Shown here: in pieces, positions 60,863 through 64,000 of the stretch
Position numbering within the stretch: position 1 is the stretch's first letter
How the letters are laid out: every line of letters begins with the position of its first letter
Assembly: GCA_964446755.1 (NCBI GenBank)
Contig: CAYUQC010000001.1
Location: forward strand, 9,806 to 73,805
Direction of reading: 5' to 3'
Length of the DNA stretch: 64,000 bases
Source of the DNA: an uncultured Methanosarcinales archaeon
GTDB lineage: Archaea; Halobacteriota; Methanosarcinia; Methanosarcinales; Methanosarcinaceae
Notes under the pieces: generated by a model
Database searches by the model: none
Told to the model about the DNA's origin: nothing
The model's input: the letters and a program-made list of their open reading frames with translations, nothing else
Translations under genes and position numbers: made by a program

Positions 60863-61594
60863 ATGGTGACACATCCGGACTATTCAAAGGTTTCAACCGC
60901 GCACAGCACCCGAAAAATCAGGGACATGACAGATGTTTTAATGGATCGGACATGGATCACGTATCCCGATAAAATCCTTTATGACATGTACCGCGAGGTG
61001 CATCTTTCGGGAGATGAACTCCGAAAAATGAAAGAAGCCCGGCTCCGTTATGACATTACCGTGATTCCGCCGGCGATGCTCGGCCCGGAATATGTGAAAA
61101 CCGCCGGCCACTACCATCCCTGTCCCGACAACTGCGGCTCAGAAATGCTTTCTTATCCGGAAGTATATCAAGTAATCCGCGGAACAGCGACTTATCTGCT
61201 TCAAAAAAAGGATTTATCCGATTTTATTATTGTTGAAGCCAATGAAGGCGATGTTGTCCTGATCCCTCCGAATTACGGGCATGTGACTGTAAATGCCGAC
61301 AGTGAAGAACTGGTCATGGCAAATTGGGTATCGGACGCCTTTGATTCAGAATATGAACCTGTCCGCTGCAAAGCGGGATTGGCTTATTATATAACGGAAG
61401 ACGGGATTGCGCAGAACGGTAATTATGATAAAATGCCGCCGCTTTCTTACGGCAAACCGAAAAGTTATCCGGAAATCGGACTCTTTTCGGGTGTTGACAT
61501 GTACGGTTTGGTGAATGATTTGGATAAACTTGACTTTTTGGTAAATCCGCAAAACAATCCGGATTTGTTTAAAAAACCGTTTTATGAAGTTTGA
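60863..61594 (+). CDS. Cupin-type glucose-6-phosphate isomerase family protein
   Basis: LRYDIT, KTAGHYH, YPEVY, IPPNYGHVTVN. Confidence 0.85.
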   Translation: MVTHPDYSKVSTAHSTRKIRDMTDVLMDRTWITYPDKILYDMYREVHLSGDELRKMKEARLRYDITVIPPAMLGPEYVKTAGHYHPCPDNCGSEMLSYPEVYQVIRGTATYLLQKKDLSDFIIVEANEGDVVLIPPNYGHVTVNADSEELVMANWVSDAFDSEYEPVRCKAGLAYYITEDGIAQNGNYDKMPPLSYGKPKSYPEIGLFSGVDMYGLVNDLDKLDFLVNPQNNPDLFKKPFYEV

Positions 61595-61667
61595 TTCATC
61601 AATCAGCTTCATTCCGCTCTTATTTTTATTCAGTCACCTTTTAATACAGACGGCGCTTTTAGGAAGT

Positions 61668-63176
61668 ATGGCTCAAACGGCGGATATTTTTTCAAATATC
61701 GGAAAAAAAGGAGACGAGAACGCCGGCGATCAAAACGCGGTTCATTCTCAAACGCTTGTCTCCCTTTTATCTCAATTCGGATTAACCGCCATCGGTTTTT
61801 TGAGCACGATTTATTTTACACGCGTTGTCGATCCTTCGATCGTCGGCGTTTACTTTTTGTTTTTCTCCTACAGCGCACTTTTCTACCTGTTTTCTGAAAG
61901 CGGCATCGGAGAGTCCAGTGTTAAGCTCATCAGTGAGGGAAAAGACAGAAACGAATATTATACGGCTTCGATGACGCTTCGTGCCGTTTATTTGATATTA
62001 TGCGTTGCCGGATTATTGATTTCCGCCGTTGTATTTCCGACGTCAACCATTATGGAGACCGGCATATTTTGGTGGATTATTGCAGCACTTTTCATTGATT
62101 ATTTTTACAACAGCCGAATTTATGCCGCTTACGCTGACGGAAAAGTCAATGCTTTTCAAGTTTCGTTGTTTTTAAATACAGCCGTTCGTTCACTATTTCA
62201 AATCGGCATCGTTTACCTCGGCTATCATTCGTTCGGTTTGATGGGCGGATTTTTGGTCGGTATGATTTTTGCTGCCGCGTTCGCGCACCGTTATAATCAA
62301 TTGAAATTGGTGAAGTTTTCCAAAGAAAATTTTAAGCGCGTTTTGACTTATGCCGTTCTGATTTTTTTGGTGATGAGCTGCTATTTGATTTATCAGAATA
62401 TTGATGTTGTTTTCATCGGGCACTACATGACGGAAACCGAAGCGGGCATTTACAGAATCGTTTACCAGTTTTCAATGCTGGCCGGGCTTGCCGCAACCTC
62501 CGTCAAAGCGGTTTTGTATCCGAAATTCAGTGCCTGGAACGAAACAAAACAATTCAAAAACATCACAGACGGCTTGCGCAGCGGCACATCGCTGTCGTTG
62601 ATGCTGGCTATTCCGATTTTTTTCAGCTTCCTGATTCTGGGATATGATTTTATTTCTCTCTTTTACGGCGAAGCTTATATTCCGGGCGTCCCCGCATTAC
62701 TTTTGCTGTCATTTATTCAAATCGTCACCGTTTTCATGTATCTGCAGAGCATTTGTCTGAATGCGATCAGCCATCCCAAATACGCCTTTCTCTCGATTGC
62801 CGTCGGCATTACCGCCAATGTACTTCTGAATATGATTTTAATTCCGCTTTACGGCATGGAAGGCGCAGCTTCCGCAACCGTGATTGCAATGATTTTAAAT
62901 TCCGCGTTAGCTTACCTGCTGCTCCGCAAAGTTATTCCTGTTCACTATAATTGGAAATCTATTTTGAAAATGGTGATTGCGTCGCTTTTGATGTGCGCTT
63001 TCCTTTTGGGATTCAAATGCATACTGCCGGTTACAAACGTGATTTACCTTTTGACGGCTTTTGTTGCCGGCGGTTTGCTTTACGGCTTCATCATGCTCAA
63101 AGCCGACCGGACGATTCATGATGAAGTTGCGGAAATGGTGGCCTCGTTCGGTGTGAAATGGCCGAAATGGCTTTAA
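61668..63176 (+). CDS. Oligosaccharide flippase (Wzx/MOP family)
   Basis: About 14 TM; D..FIG...GIY; LIPLYGMEGAASAT; near aglB. Confidence 0.85.
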   Translation: MAQTADIFSNIGKKGDENAGDQNAVHSQTLVSLLSQFGLTAIGFLSTIYFTRVVDPSIVGVYFLFFSYSALFYLFSESGIGESSVKLISEGKDRNEYYTASMTLRAVYLILCVAGLLISAVVFPTSTIMETGIFWWIIAALFIDYFYNSRIYAAYADGKVNAFQVSLFLNTAVRSLFQIGIVYLGYHSFGLMGGFLVGMIFAAAFAHRYNQLKLVKFSKENFKRVLTYAVLIFLVMSCYLIYQNIDVVFIGHYMTETEAGIYRIVYQFSMLAGLAATSVKAVLYPKFSAWNETKQFKNITDGLRSGTSLSLMLAIPIFFSFLILGYDFISLFYGEAYIPGVPALLLLSFIQIVTVFMYLQSICLNAISHPKYAFLSIAVGITANVLLNMILIPLYGMEGAASATVIAMILNSALAYLLLRKVIPVHYNWKSILKMVIASLLMCAFLLGFKCILPVTNVIYLLTAFVAGGLLYGFIMLKADRTIHDEVAEMVASFGVKWPKWL

Positions 63177-63242
63177 GAACCCTGTTCGGTAAAATAGTTC
63201 ATTTCAAAAAGACTAGATTAATTAAATAAACGGAAATCTCCC

Positions 63243-64000
63243 ATGACCGTATTCAATTCCCCGTGCCGGGCCTCGGATATTTTTCCGGCCTATAAACAAA
63301 TTGTGTTTATTGATGTTGAAACGACAGGTTTGTCGGTTGAAAAGAATCAGATTATAGAACTGGCCGCCGCGCGCTGTTATGAAGACGGTGCCGGATTTAA
63401 TGAGGAGAAAGAAATTGATCTTTTCATTAAACTTCCCGACGGTGAAAAGATTCCGGAGGAAATCGTAGAACTGACACATATTACCGATGAGATGCTGTCG
63501 TCGGAAGGAATAGAAGAAAAACCGGCCGTAAATGAATTTACGGAAATATTTTATCCGGCCGTCCAAACATTAATTATTGCCCACAACGCGCAATTTGACC
63601 TCTCTTTTGTATTAAATCTGCTGAAAAAATACGGCAAAAGCATTCCGGTGTCGTTTGATATTTTGGATACGTTTACGGTTTTAAAAGACAGAAAAGCTTA
63701 TCCGCATTCGTTAAAAGATGCAATCGAATATTATCGGATAGAAGGTGTTGAGAACACGCACCGCGCCGCGGATGATGTCAAAGCGCTCTGCGAAGTCGTC
63801 AAAAAGATGAAAGAAGAATGCGATGACTTGGAAGACTATATTAATTTAATCGGCGTTCACCGCGTTCACGGCTTATGGGGTGAAAAAATAGAAGGCGTCA
63901 CCTACTGCATTCAGCTCCTCGGGTCAAAAAACAAGCGCCTGCCCGACTTTTTAAAAGAAGGAAAGCGGATTTACGAACCGGAAAAAGTAAAAGAAACCCG
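63243..64000 (+). CDS. DEDDh 3'-5' exonuclease (DnaQ-like), runs off window end (not in ORF track)
   Basis: Hand-translated IDVETTG, AHNAQFD, HRAADD. Confidence 0.85.
   Translation, partial: MTVFNSPCRASDIFPAYKQIVFIDVETTGLSVEKNQIIELAAARCYEDGAGFNEEKEIDLFIKLPDGEKIPEEIVELTHITDEMLSSEGIEEKPAVNEFTEIFYPAVQTLIIAHNAQFDLSFVLNLLKKYGKSIPVSFDILDTFTVLKDRKAYPHSLKDAIEYYRIEGVENTHRAADDVKALCEVVKKMKEECDDLEDYINLIGVHRVHGLWGEKIEGVTYCIQLLGSKNKRLPDFLKEGKRIYEPEKVKET

Overview
Gene-dense chromosomal window from a methylotrophic methanogenic archaeon of the Methanosarcinaceae. A host-associated lineage such as Methanimicrococcus is an inference from gene content and the adhesin-like proteins. Housekeeping genes are secF/secD, RFC small subunit, agmatinase, Hef, Hsp20, apgM, thermosome, SufCB/SMS, Mrp, tRNA-Arg(CCT), argA, MutS-like, cca, aglB, hisD, cupin PGI and a flippase. 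There is a complete monomethylamine-utilisation cluster (ramA, mtbA, mtmC, pyrrolysine-containing mtmB, and an mtmP-like permease flanked by three tiny membrane ORFs) and two ECF importers with unusual architecture. The most unusual locus is 21.0-32.9 kb. It encodes a 2675-aa secreted, membrane-anchored CobN/Mg-chelatase-H-family protein carrying Ig-like, FIVAR and repeated alpha/beta modules, preceded by a small secreted stand-alone copy of that module. The two genes are bracketed by hairpin-rich regions with no convincing ORF (about 1.3 kb upstream, about 0.3 kb downstream). Both regions begin with an identical 16-mer placed 21-23 bp from an identical TATA box. No CRISPR array, rRNA or transposase was seen. 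All calls were made by eye; no database searches or folding were run.
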